Position numbers and translations under genes: made by a program. From positions 1 through 60,991 of the forward strand of contig CALRTF020000001.1 of assembly GCA_943370985.1 (NCBI GenBank): DNA of 60,991 bases, given 5' to 3'. The notes below the pieces were generated by a model, which was given only the letters and a program-made list of their open reading frames with translations, was not told where the DNA came from and searched no databases. This DNA is from Paenacidovorax caeni (GTDB lineage: Bacteria > Pseudomonadota > Gammaproteobacteria > Burkholderiales > Burkholderiaceae_C). Shown piece by piece: positions 25,280-34,578 of this stretch. The first letter of the stretch is position 1, and every line of letters starts with the position of its first letter.

Positions 25280-25353
25280 GCGGGTGTAGTTCAATGGCAG
25301 AACGGCAGCTTCCCAAGCTTCATACGAGGGTTCGATTCCCTTCACCCGCTCCA
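25280..25353 (+). tRNA. tRNA-Gly (anticodon CCC)
   Basis: 74 nt; GCGGGTG/CACCCGC acceptor stem, TTCCCAA anticodon loop, GGTTCGATTCC T-arm, encoded CCA. Confidence 0.96.
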
Positions 25354-25369
25354 CAAGAAACACTCGAAC

Positions 25370-25402
25370 AAAAAAACCGGGCATAAAGCCCGGTTTTTTT
25401 TT
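25370..25402. terminator. Bidirectional intrinsic terminator
   Basis: A-run, CCGGGC-ATAAA-GCCCGG hairpin, T-run, between the tRNA and the convergent pilin gene. Confidence 0.88.
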
Positions 25403-25415
25403 GGATCTGACCGCC

Positions 25416-26093
25416 TTAGATCTGGCGGCAAAGCGTCACTGGGACCGCATTGGCCGCAGCATCTTCAGAATACTGAGTGGCTACGGCAGGCGCTGCCGCC
25501 ACTGGATTGCCTGGCAGCGCAATGCGTTGGGCCCGGATCTCACCTGTAGATGGATTACCGTCGTCAAAACGGCGATCCAGCGCGCCGGCAGCCTTGCCGT
25601 TCAGACCGTTCAGGCAAACGACATTCCGCCCCACAAAGCCGAAGGCACCGCTGGTCACTGCAATCGCGCCATCGGCCGCATGCAGAGGACGAATGGTTGC
25701 AGCGGGAAGGGCAGCGCGCGGGTTGCCATTGATGAAGCCTGCGAACATCAAGGACACCATGGCCATGGTGTTTTCGTTGGCGCCTACGGTAAAGGTTGTG
25801 CCGACGGCGCCAATCTGTCCGTTATTGCCGCCAACGAAGAATGCATTGTTACCCCAACCATTGTCCGTATGAGTGGTCGCGGTGGCGGAGTCTCCCGGGA
25901 GACCGCGGTAACGTTCGCGGTAGCTCGCCACAGCAGCCGTCATGGCGTCCATGTCTTTCGCAATGCTGGAAATACGGCTGTTCTCGATCAATTCCTGGCC
26001 CTTGAGCACACCAGCCAGCAGCAGGCCCACGATAACCAGAACGATGGCAATTTCAACCAGCGTGAAACCGGCTTGTTTCTTGAATGACTTCAT
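25416..26093 (-). CDS. Type IV prepilin-like protein (probable major pilin)
   Basis: Class III signal KKQAG/FTLVEIAIVLVIVG; GGAG RBS; two cysteines in the C-terminal half. Confidence 0.88.
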   Translation of the reverse strand: MKSFKKQAGFTLVEIAIVLVIVGLLLAGVLKGQELIENSRISSIAKDMDAMTAAVASYRERYRGLPGDSATATTHTDNGWGNNAFFVGGNNGQIGAVGTTFTVGANENTMAMVSLMFAGFINGNPRAALPAATIRPLHAADGAIAVTSGAFGFVGRNVVCLNGLNGKAAGALDRRFDDGNPSTGEIRAQRIALPGNPVAAAPAVATQYSEDAAANAVPVTLCRQI

Positions 26094-26165
26094 TCATGAC
26101 TCCAAAATTAGACGGCACGAACTGCGCCGGTAAGAAAATGTATCTTTTGTTTGAAAGATCTGGGA

Positions 26166-26181
26166 GTCAGGATTTTTTACA
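26166..26181 (-). promoter_or_regulatory. Candidate response-regulator box upstream of the pilin
   Basis: TGTAAAAAATCCTGAC, 37 bp upstream of a weak GG-N10-GC at 26128-26115. Confidence 0.3.
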
Positions 26182-27328
26182 GGGGGATGGCCAGCACCAC
26201 CCGGATGCCCTCGCCGAGCGGTTCAGCGAAGAGCTCCCCGCCGGCCGTCTGCGCCTGTTTGCGGGCCTGGTACATGCCCAGGCCCTTGTTGACAGAGCCC
26301 GAACTGGACCAGGGTTCAAACAGCTTTTCCAGGGGAATGTCCAGTCGCAACTGCCGGGTTTCCATACCGACTAGCGTGTTTTGGGCGTCCTGTTTGATCA
26401 CGATGCGGCAACGGGCGGGAACCATACGCTCGCGTGACAGGCTGGACACATTGCCCAGCACATTGTCCAGAACGGCCGCCAGCGCGTGGCTGTCCCAGTC
26501 CACCTGCGCGGCTCCCAGCAGATCAACCTCCACCTGATGCAGTTCGGCGGCCTGCCGGATGTGTTCACCCAGATCGAGCAATTCGAATGCCGGCGCGTCA
26601 TGCGTCTCCAGGGGCGCCGAAGCCGAGGCCTGCCAGGTCGGGTTCAGCAAGGCCTGACTCATGCGTTCCGCCCGCTGGGTGGCATGGGCCGCGTTTTTCT
26701 TCAGGCGTTTTGCGCGTGCCAGCAGTTCGGCATCGCTTTCCGCCGATCCAAAATCTTCGGCGACGAGTTGCACCCATTGCGCCAGATTGCGCATGTCGTG
26801 CTGCAAAAACACGCCCACCCTGGCGCGCTGGCTGGAGGCAGCCACCAGCGCAAGTTGCCGGGCGGCCAGGGCGCCCTGGATCATGGCAAACAGCACTTCG
26901 GCGGCCTGGACCGCAAACAGGTGCCGTTCGCCGCGCAGGCCCTTGAGGCCAATGCGGAATTCCAGCGAAATGTCATCGTAGTCAAAACGCTGATGCAGGA
27001 CGCGGTCGCTGATTCGTTCCCCCTGGAGTGAAAGAACGGGGCCACCTGCATGCAGATTGAGCGGAATCTTCGCCCCCAGGCGGGTGAACACCGGTGATCC
27101 GTACCAGCTGCCGCGCCAGTCGAGGCTGCGCAAACCCAGATCGGCCAGTGTTTTCTGGTGCAACACCAGCGTGCCCAGCAGGTCCTCATGCAGGGCTTCA
27201 CGCAAGGCCAGCAACTGGTCCATGCGCCGCCTGTGCTGGCGGCTCAGGAAGCGCAGCCAAAACATGGTCAGGCCCACGCTCAGGCCGGCCACCACCAGGG
27301 CGACGGCGGCGTCGTAGAGGTTGATCAA
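26177..27328 (-). CDS. Sensor histidine kinase-like protein (short, PrsK-like)
   Basis: Single TM; H-box FLQHDMRNL; N-box VLDNVLGN; KLFEPW and KGLGMYQ; no DxGxG G1 box. Confidence 0.8.
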   Translation of the reverse strand: MINLYDAAVALVVAGLSVGLTMFWLRFLSRQHRRRMDQLLALREALHEDLLGTLVLHQKTLADLGLRSLDWRGSWYGSPVFTRLGAKIPLNLHAGGPVLSLQGERISDRVLHQRFDYDDISLEFRIGLKGLRGERHLFAVQAAEVLFAMIQGALAARQLALVAASSQRARVGVFLQHDMRNLAQWVQLVAEDFGSAESDAELLARAKRLKKNAAHATQRAERMSQALLNPTWQASASAPLETHDAPAFELLDLGEHIRQAAELHQVEVDLLGAAQVDWDSHALAAVLDNVLGNVSSLSRERMVPARCRIVIKQDAQNTLVGMETRQLRLDIPLEKLFEPWSSSGSVNKGLGMYQARKQAQTAGGELFAEPLGEGIRVVLAIPL

Positions 27329-27942
27329 GGGGCCGCTCTTTCGATGCCGAACTTCTTCATGAAGTAATACAGGTGTTCGCGGGTCAGGCCCAGCTTGCGG
27401 GCTGCCTGGGCGACATTGAACTGGCTCTCCGCCAGCACCGATCGCACCAGGCGCTCCTGCGCCGCCTCGCCGAATTCGCGCACACCTTCACTGATCGGCG
27501 CGGTCAGCGTCATGCGCGCCTGCCCGTCCGTGCTGAGCTGCTTTTCGGCCTGCAAAAACAACACCGCGCGCGCCAGCGCTTCGCGCACACGCTGGCTGCT
27601 CGCCGGCTTGTTCAGAAAATCGAAAGCACCGAGGCCAATGGCCTTCAACGCGACCGACGGTTCGTCCTGCCCGGTCAGGACGATGACCTTGAGGGACGGC
27701 CGCTCAAGAATCAGCAAGCGTAACAATTCCAGTCCAGCGGTGGGTTCGTTGGGATGCGGCGGAAGACCTAGGTCGATGACGGCCAGTTCAAACGGGCTCT
27801 GCAGTTGCCGGGTTATGGCCAACGCCTCAACCGGCGAACCGGCGGAGAGAACGCTGTAACCCATGTCTTCCAGCGAGCCGCACCACCAGTCGCGCAGGGA
27901 CGCATCGTCTTCAACGACCAGGACAGTGCGCGTGGAGGACAT
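27325..27942 (-). CDS. Response regulator, receiver plus Fis-type HTH, no AAA+ domain (PrsR-like)
   Basis: VVEDD, VIDLGLPP, VLTG and FLNKP receiver motifs; NVAQAARKLGLTREHLYY HTH. Confidence 0.88.
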   Translation of the reverse strand: MSSTRTVLVVEDDASLRDWWCGSLEDMGYSVLSAGSPVEALAITRQLQSPFELAVIDLGLPPHPNEPTAGLELLRLLILERPSLKVIVLTGQDEPSVALKAIGLGAFDFLNKPASSQRVREALARAVLFLQAEKQLSTDGQARMTLTAPISEGVREFGEAAQERLVRSVLAESQFNVAQAARKLGLTREHLYYFMKKFGIERAAP

Positions 27943-27945
27943 GGC

Positions 27946-28893
27946 TTATTGAAGAACCCCGCCCGCACTCATCTTGCTGATAACCCCATTGATGCCCTGC
28001 CACAGCAAAAGATCATCGAAGGGGCCAAGGGGAGGCAGGGTTGAATCCTCAGCACGTGGATGGAACACATAAACCACATCATTGTTGAGATTGGCAGCCT
28101 CGTCGGTACCGGCGCCAGCTGGCAGTTGCGCCCCATTTCGCCCGGTGCTCCAAACCAAAAAAGCGGCATTGGCCAGCAGGTTAGCAGGCGGTCCGCAGGT
28201 CGTGGCCGTAATTCCGGTGGCGGAGTTGCACACCCTCAAGGCCTCGAGGGAGGCGAGAGTGATAGGCGTTCCCCCCGTTGTGGGACTGACCTGCGTTCGC
28301 GGTGTAGACACATCGTTGTAAAAAGCATTTCTGATCCCGTTGACTTGCGTGAGGGGAAAGCACGGCGCAGCAACCGAACACGTCAGGCTGTCATAGTTGG
28401 CCGTCCCGTCGTAGGTGGCTTGGGAGACGGCATAACGCAAGCCAAAGCCCCAGGAATCCTGCGTCAGTCCATTAACACCCCGCGCGCCCAGCCCCAGCGT
28501 GCCGGCGGGCACGAAACCGTTGTTCGAGTTGGCACAACGGCCATGGGCCGGCGCCACTGCCGGCGCGGTAATAATCGCCCCGCACGCGGCGCCTAAGGCG
28601 TTGGTGCACCATTGCTCCTGCCCTCCGCTGGCCGCGGCCGCCGGGCAAGGCAGCCGGCGATTGACCATGGCAAATGCCATGATGGCCTCAGAAGCCTCCT
28701 TGATACTTTCCTGCGTATCCCTCACGTTTTTATTGTCAAGCTGAGGGCCAAGGGCAGCGGCGATACCGCCGAGAGCAATCCCCACAATCACGAGAACAAG
28801 CGCAATTTCGATCAGGCTGAAACCGCGCTGTCGCGGCTTGACAGGCGCCCTCAAAAAATTCCCTAACAAAGCGGCCTTGTTCATTTTTCTCAC
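27946..28893 (-). CDS. Type IV prepilin-like protein (minor pilin, Cys-rich)
   Basis: RQRG/FSLIEIALVLVIVG; RLPCPA, DSWG and FDDLL motifs. Confidence 0.85.
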   Translation of the reverse strand: MRKMNKAALLGNFLRAPVKPRQRGFSLIEIALVLVIVGIALGGIAAALGPQLDNKNVRDTQESIKEASEAIMAFAMVNRRLPCPAAAASGGQEQWCTNALGAACGAIITAPAVAPAHGRCANSNNGFVPAGTLGLGARGVNGLTQDSWGFGLRYAVSQATYDGTANYDSLTCSVAAPCFPLTQVNGIRNAFYNDVSTPRTQVSPTTGGTPITLASLEALRVCNSATGITATTCGPPANLLANAAFLVWSTGRNGAQLPAGAGTDEAANLNNDVVYVFHPRAEDSTLPPLGPFDDLLLWQGINGVISKMSAGGVLQ

Positions 28894-29513
28894 TCCTTGT
28901 TGCTGGAAGTCTGCCCAGTCTTTGGCGGAATAATCCGTATGGCCCCCGGCGGCAGCAAATCGACCGCTTGCCCGGAAGGAACATCGATCACTTGCCCTGG
29001 TCTGGCCTTGATTCTCATATCTGCGCCTCCCGGTTGCAGCGCACCCGCCTGCCCGGCAAGGGTTCGCAACGGCGTGATGGAAGCCTGTCCATACAGCGCT
29101 TGCTCATTGATCCACACGGTGCTGCGGTTGCCGGAACGCGTGACGAAACCACTGACAACCAAGGTATCGGGCAAGCCCGAGGCAGCATCCGGATTTCTAT
29201 CTCCCGGCAACACCTGGGGCGCGCCGTCGGGACTGGCTTCCAGCTTGCGGGCGGCTTCAAGGTTGCGTCGCTGTGCAGGCGACAGAATCAGGGGGCCGAG
29301 ATCGGCGTGCTGCGCACCCGCACCTGGAACGGCCAACGACGCCCCGGGGACTTGCGCCATGGCAGCGCTGGCAAAAGCAGCCAAACCTGCAGCCATGAAA
29401 TGGCCGACGTGCGGCCTGTAGATTGACATACGAAAGACGAGTTTCATGGCATTCATCACGGTGTTTTTGGAACGCTGGAAGCAGGTAGCACGTAGAGCCA
29501 GGACAAATTGCAC
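28890..29513 (-). CDS. Hypothetical exported pilus-cluster protein
   Basis: Signal-like segment; LGPLILSPAQRRNL and GFVTRSG-TVWIN; coupled to the downstream pilin; start uncertain. Confidence 0.65.
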   Translation of the reverse strand: MQFVLALRATCFQRSKNTVMNAMKLVFRMSIYRPHVGHFMAAGLAAFASAAMAQVPGASLAVPGAGAQHADLGPLILSPAQRRNLEAARKLEASPDGAPQVLPGDRNPDAASGLPDTLVVSGFVTRSGNRSTVWINEQALYGQASITPLRTLAGQAGALQPGGADMRIKARPGQVIDVPSGQAVDLLPPGAIRIIPPKTGQTSSNKE

Positions 29514-30109
29514 TGCACATCGACCGCCGATATTTTGCTGTTACCGCTCACAAAAGGCTTGCGTTCGTAGATGCAGTTGTCGGCAACGAAGTAGCCTGCA
29601 TTGCTGCCCTGCAGGCGTGAAAGCAAACGCAACCACTCTTCCTCATGGATGGTGCTTGCCCGGAGCTTCATCGGCACCCTGGCGAGCTGGGCAACTGCCT
29701 CGCCCGTCTTGTCATCATTGAGAGGTCTGAGGGTTTCCTGTATGCCCAGTTCCCACACCAAAGCGCTCTTCTGAAGATCCCTGGCTGCGCTTTCCAATGC
29801 CTCCAGGATGGCGAGCCGATCCGGCGGATGCGCAAAACGCGACTGTTTGAGCTTTCCGAACAGCTGCAGATTTTCTTCCAGCCGTGCCCGATCCAGCTGT
29901 GTATTCTCGAGTGACAAATTGGCCGCTTCCAGTGCCGCCTGAGCCTTTCCCTGTTCCAGAGCAATCCTCTGAGCCAGCCAGTTGGCGCCGCTTGCAATAG
30001 CCAAAGCAGCCACACACATGGCCGCGCCGGCCATGAGCGGCCTGGCCGCCATTTGCCAGATGCTGCGCGCGGGCTGGGCTTCACTCATGTCGCGGCCTTT
30101 TGCAGACAC
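29456..30109 (-). CDS. Pilus alignment-subcomplex-like protein (PilO/MshJ position)
   Basis: One TM followed by a coiled coil; position in operon. Confidence 0.6.
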   Translation of the reverse strand: MSAKGRDMSEAQPARSIWQMAARPLMAGAAMCVAALAIASGANWLAQRIALEQGKAQAALEAANLSLENTQLDRARLEENLQLFGKLKQSRFAHPPDRLAILEALESAARDLQKSALVWELGIQETLRPLNDDKTGEAVAQLARVPMKLRASTIHEEEWLRLLSRLQGSNAGYFVADNCIYERKPFVSGNSKISAVDVQCNLSWLYVLPASSVPKTP

Positions 30110-31659
30110 AATTCAATCGTCCGCGCGCCGACTTCACCGAGCTTTCCGCTTTGTACCTGCTCCGGGTCCAGCGTGACCGTGGACTTGAGCAGCGACCCCG
30201 ACCAGGTGCCCGAATTCAGGCTGGTCAGTAGGGTATCCTGCAATGCCAGTGCCTGCCTTTGCGTCAGCGACAGTGGGAGTTCTGCAAAGACATTCAAAAG
30301 TGCAACCGACGGCTTCGCCGGCTCCGCTGCTGCCGCTGGTGGGGCAGCCATGGTGGCGTCCGCAACCAGGGGACATGCAAATGGCTGCGCTGGCGCAGGC
30401 GGAGCACCGGCAGCCTGAGCTTGCAGGCGCGGCAGTTCCCAACTGATCTTTTGCACCTCCACACCAGGTGAATTCTTCAGCGCAGCCGCCAGGTGCTGCA
30501 GGCCAGCGAGCTGGTCGGGCTGCGCTGCGATGGTTTGCTTCCATGCCTGCACCGTCGCCACGGCGAGACCTGCCTCGGTCAGATCACCTTTGGCGCGCAG
30601 CACTTCCTGGCTGGCCTGCTGATTGATGACTGCTGCACTGAGCACCTGTTCCTGGGCCAGCTTGCGTTTGCCCCATGACAACCACATCAGGTCGGCAGAC
30701 CAGAGCAGAGACACCACCAGCGCCGTGACGCCGGTGATTTTTGCCGTTCGGGCGACCTGAGCGGCGCGCCACTGGGTGCGCGACTCGTCGGGCAGAAACT
30801 GGAGTTGCGCCGGCGCGGATTTGAGCCGGGGCAGCAAGTAGGCATAAGCATCGGGCACCGGTGCTATAAATTGCAGGTCCAGCGCCGGATCGCTGCCAAC
30901 CGCTTCAAGCGCCTCCTCGTCCTCCGATGGCAGCCACATTTGGGTGGCCACCGGCTGCTCGGCACTGCTGATCCATTCCTGCGATATCAGGTACTGAATG
31001 GTCCGCCGGGCTTCGGCCAGCACAAAATCGGCCGACAGGCTGCCCTCCCCCACGCTGAGTGCCAGTCGGGAGAACATCGGCGTTTTGCCGCGCACCAGCA
31101 CCTGGCGCAAACCGGCCTGGGTGGCCACCAATGCAAGCACAGGCCGGGAAACGGCGGCCTGTGGCTTGCTCCCGGTGTCGGGAGCAGCCGCCGGCGCACG
31201 GCGCGGCGCCTTGTGGTTCACCGACAGCGCAATCAGCGCCGACAAGGGCCACAAACCCTTGACGTGAATGTGATGCCCCGTCAGCGCCCCCAGCCATTGG
31301 GCTATGCGCTCGCTCTGGCCCATGCCGACCAGGCTCACGCGGACAGGTGGCCGCCATGAACCCGATGGCTCCAGCACCGCGGCGCGGTAGGGGTTGTCAC
31401 GCAACTGCTGCGTCAGCCGGCGCTGCAGCAGTTGCTGCCGGGTGCCCGACACCCAGATGGGCGGCAGCACGTTGCGGATGTAGGCCTCGTCCATGATGTC
31501 ACTGACCAGCGAACACTCCGCGCGCGTCGGCAGATGGCTGGCCACCCACGCCGCCGGGTCGTCATGCGCGTGTGCTATCGCGACCGGCTCTGCCCCGGCG
31601 CGGTCCATCCGGTACAGGTGCACCGATTGCTGCGCAATAACGAGGGCAAAGGCGGTCAT
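30085..31659 (-). CDS. Pilus assembly protein, PilM/PilN (MshI)-like fusion
   Basis: Large N-terminal cytoplasmic domain, one TM, periplasmic domain; directly follows the platform gene. Confidence 0.6.
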   Translation of the reverse strand: MTAFALVIAQQSVHLYRMDRAGAEPVAIAHAHDDPAAWVASHLPTRAECSLVSDIMDEAYIRNVLPPIWVSGTRQQLLQRRLTQQLRDNPYRAAVLEPSGSWRPPVRVSLVGMGQSERIAQWLGALTGHHIHVKGLWPLSALIALSVNHKAPRRAPAAAPDTGSKPQAAVSRPVLALVATQAGLRQVLVRGKTPMFSRLALSVGEGSLSADFVLAEARRTIQYLISQEWISSAEQPVATQMWLPSEDEEALEAVGSDPALDLQFIAPVPDAYAYLLPRLKSAPAQLQFLPDESRTQWRAAQVARTAKITGVTALVVSLLWSADLMWLSWGKRKLAQEQVLSAAVINQQASQEVLRAKGDLTEAGLAVATVQAWKQTIAAQPDQLAGLQHLAAALKNSPGVEVQKISWELPRLQAQAAGAPPAPAQPFACPLVADATMAAPPAAAAEPAKPSVALLNVFAELPLSLTQRQALALQDTLLTSLNSGTWSGSLLKSTVTLDPEQVQSGKLGEVGARTIELCLQKAAT

Positions 31660-31660
31660 C

Positions 31661-32863
31661 CTAGAATTTCACTTTGGAGATCAGGTCGTAGATCGGCAAC
31701 ATCACCGACGACATGATCCAGGCGATCATGCCGCCGAGGAACACGGTCAGCACAGGCTGGATCAGGCCTTGCAGCTTCTCGATCGCGTCGTTGACTTCAC
31801 GCGTGTAGAAATAACTGACGTTGTCCAGGGCCTTGTCCAGGCCGCCGGTGGTTTCGCCGACACGAATCATGCGCACGACCAGCGCCGGGAACAGCGTGGT
31901 CGCCGCAAATGCATCCGACACTTTCTGTCCCTGGGAAATGCTCCTGGCGGCGCTGGCTATGGCCTTGCGGAAGGCGGCGTTGGTCGACAAGCTTTCACAA
32001 AACCCCATGGCATCGAGCACCGACACGCCGCTGCGGTACATCAGGCCGAAAGACTTGGCAAAACGCGCCATGATGATCTTTTTGAGGATAGGTCCGAACA
32101 GCGGGAACCTCAGTTTCCAGCCATCGATCCACAACCTGGCCTCGGGCGACATGCGCACCGCAGTGAGCCAGGTAATCGCTACAAGTGCAATGGCCGCCGG
32201 TATGGTGTACCAATAATTCTGCAGAAACCCGGAGAAGGCAACCAGTGCACGCGTCTGGATTGGTATGGTTCCACCCAGGTTCTTGATGAACGGGATCAAC
32301 TGCGGCACCAAGTAAACCATCAGGAAACCTACTGCGCCCAGCACGATGGTGCCCGCGAACACCGGGTACATCAGCAGCTTTTTGGTCTGGGCGGCAATTT
32401 CATCGGACCACTTCAGGCTTTCCACCAGTTCGGCCAGCACTTCGGGCAGCTTGCCGGTGGCCTCACCAGTGCGGATCAGGCTGATGTTGACCTTGTCGAT
32501 GCCGGCCGGCGACTGCTCCAGCGCGTCGGACAGGCTGGCGCCACCTTCGATGCGGTCCACGAGATCCGAGATGAAGCGCCGCACACTGGGCGTATCCGCC
32601 GAATCCCGCAAATCAATCAGCGACTCGAACAGCGGCACACCCGCCTGGCTCAAGGTCTGCATGTGGATGAAGATGTTGATCAGTTCCCTGCTCTCCAGCT
32701 TTTTGCGCGCGAACATCGTGGCGGCGCGCACCGGCTTGGCCTGCAGCAACTCCAGCTGCATGCGCCCGAGCCGTGCCTCCAGGTCGGATTCACTGGTCGC
32801 CGACTGCCGGCCGGAAATCGTCCGGCCTTCAGCGGTGACGGCGCGGTAGCTGAACTCGAGCAT
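31661..32863 (-). CDS. Type II secretion F family platform protein (PilC/MshG-like)
   Basis: AGVPL, GEATGKL, LMYP and GETTGGLD motifs; three TMs. Confidence 0.95.
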   Translation of the reverse strand: MLEFSYRAVTAEGRTISGRQSATSESDLEARLGRMQLELLQAKPVRAATMFARKKLESRELINIFIHMQTLSQAGVPLFESLIDLRDSADTPSVRRFISDLVDRIEGGASLSDALEQSPAGIDKVNISLIRTGEATGKLPEVLAELVESLKWSDEIAAQTKKLLMYPVFAGTIVLGAVGFLMVYLVPQLIPFIKNLGGTIPIQTRALVAFSGFLQNYWYTIPAAIALVAITWLTAVRMSPEARLWIDGWKLRFPLFGPILKKIIMARFAKSFGLMYRSGVSVLDAMGFCESLSTNAAFRKAIASAARSISQGQKVSDAFAATTLFPALVVRMIRVGETTGGLDKALDNVSYFYTREVNDAIEKLQGLIQPVLTVFLGGMIAWIMSSVMLPIYDLISKVKF

Positions 32864-34578
32864 CAGGTCCCCACGCGGGTCAGGTCAACCACGCGGGCGA
32901 CCTCTTCGAGCGATGTGGTGCCCGCCTTCACCCGGGACAGGCCATCCTCGGCCATGGTGGTGAAGCCGTTGCTGCGCGCGTAGGCCGATATTTCCGGCGT
33001 GCGGGCATTGCGCGAGAGCAGGTCGTCCAGCCCCATGTCGAAACGCAGCAGTTCCATGATGCTGGTTCGGCCCTTGTAGCCCTGCCCCTTGCATTGCGGG
33101 CAGCCCACGGCGCGATACAGCGTCAGCGGCAGCTTGACCGGTGCGTCAAGCAGGGTTTTTTCGACCTCACCTGCCTCATAGGGCTCCTTGCACTTCGGGC
33201 ACAGCAGGCGCACCAGGCGCTGGGCCACGATGCCGATCAGGTTGCCGGTCATCACGCTGGCGGGAATGCCCAGATCGAGCAAACGTGCAATGGCCAGCAC
33301 CGCCGAGTTCGCATGCAGGGTCGAGAACACCTGGTGGCCGGTCATGGCAGCGCGGAAAGCCATCTCGGCGGTCTCGTGGTCGCGGATCTCGCCGACCAGG
33401 ATGATGTCCGGATCCTGCCGCATCATGGAACGGATGCCGTTGGCGAAATCCATCTTCGGGTTGTCGGCGGCGGACGCCTGCCGGATACGCGCCATCGGGT
33501 ACTCCACCGGGTCTTCCAGCGTCATGATGTTGACGCTTTCGGTGTTCATCTCGTTGAGGATGGAATAGAGCGTCGTGGTCTTGCCGCTACCGGTCGGACC
33601 GGTCACCAGGATGATGCCGTAGGGCCGCGCCAGCATCATGCGCAGGGTGTTCATGCGCGCCTCGGGCAGACCCATCTTGTCCATGGGAACAATCGATTTG
33701 CGCCGGTCCAGCACACGCAGCACAAAATTTTCACCATGAATCGTCGGCTGCGCAGCGGCCCGGAAATCCACGTCATGGCCGCGGATCACCATGGAAATAC
33801 GGCCGTCCTGCGGTGCGCGAGTTTCGGCGATGTCCATGCCCGACAGCACCTTGAGCCGGACCGACAGCGCGGGCCAGTACTGCTTGTGCAGCACGCGCAC
33901 CTGCCGCAACACGCCGTCGATGCGGTAACGGATACGCAGAAACCCCTCTTCCGGCTCGAAGTGAAGGTCGGACGCGCCCTCATGCACGGCATCGGCGAGC
34001 AGCGCGTCGATCAGGCGCACGATCGGATGGGCGAAGGCCTCGATGCCGCGCATCGACAGCGCGTCGTCGTCCATCTTGCCGGTGCGCAAACCCTTGAGGA
34101 TGTCGTCGATCGACAGCGCATAACCGTAGAAGCGGTCAATCGCCGCCTTGATGTCGGCTTTGGAAGCCAGCCGCCAAGCCAGCGAAATGTCCACCGGCAC
34201 CACGGACCGGCACTGGTCCATGGCCACCACGTCGTTGGTATCGGTGATGGCCACCGTGAGCTTGTGGCTGTCGGCATCGAAGCCGACCGGGAAAACGTCG
34301 TAACTCTGCGCCAGCGTCTTGGGAATCAGCTTGATGGCCGCGTCGTCGGGCACCATGTCGCTGAGCTTGATGGCCTCGGTCGCGCTGGCCGCAGCCATGA
34401 TGGCCGTCAGGTCGTCGATGGACAACATGCCCAGGCTGACCAGGATGTCGCCGAAAGAACCACCGCGCTTTTCGCGCTCGGTCCAGGCAATTTCCGCCTG
34501 GTCCTGTGTGATCAGGCCGCTGCGCTCGAGTTCGAGGTAGAACGTCGTGGGGTTGTAGATGTCCACCTTGGTACTCAC
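32863..34578 (-). CDS. GspE/PilB/MshE-family assembly ATPase
   Basis: ASDLHFEP, GPTGSGKT, TLEDPVE, RQDPDIILVGEIRD, and CPKC/CPQC zinc site. Confidence 0.96.
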   Translation of the reverse strand: MSTKVDIYNPTTFYLELERSGLITQDQAEIAWTEREKRGGSFGDILVSLGMLSIDDLTAIMAAASATEAIKLSDMVPDDAAIKLIPKTLAQSYDVFPVGFDADSHKLTVAITDTNDVVAMDQCRSVVPVDISLAWRLASKADIKAAIDRFYGYALSIDDILKGLRTGKMDDDALSMRGIEAFAHPIVRLIDALLADAVHEGASDLHFEPEEGFLRIRYRIDGVLRQVRVLHKQYWPALSVRLKVLSGMDIAETRAPQDGRISMVIRGHDVDFRAAAQPTIHGENFVLRVLDRRKSIVPMDKMGLPEARMNTLRMMLARPYGIILVTGPTGSGKTTTLYSILNEMNTESVNIMTLEDPVEYPMARIRQASAADNPKMDFANGIRSMMRQDPDIILVGEIRDHETAEMAFRAAMTGHQVFSTLHANSAVLAIARLLDLGIPASVMTGNLIGIVAQRLVRLLCPKCKEPYEAGEVEKTLLDAPVKLPLTLYRAVGCPQCKGQGYKGRTSIMELLRFDMGLDDLLSRNARTPEISAYARSNGFTTMAEDGLSRVKAGTTSLEEVARVVDLTRVGT

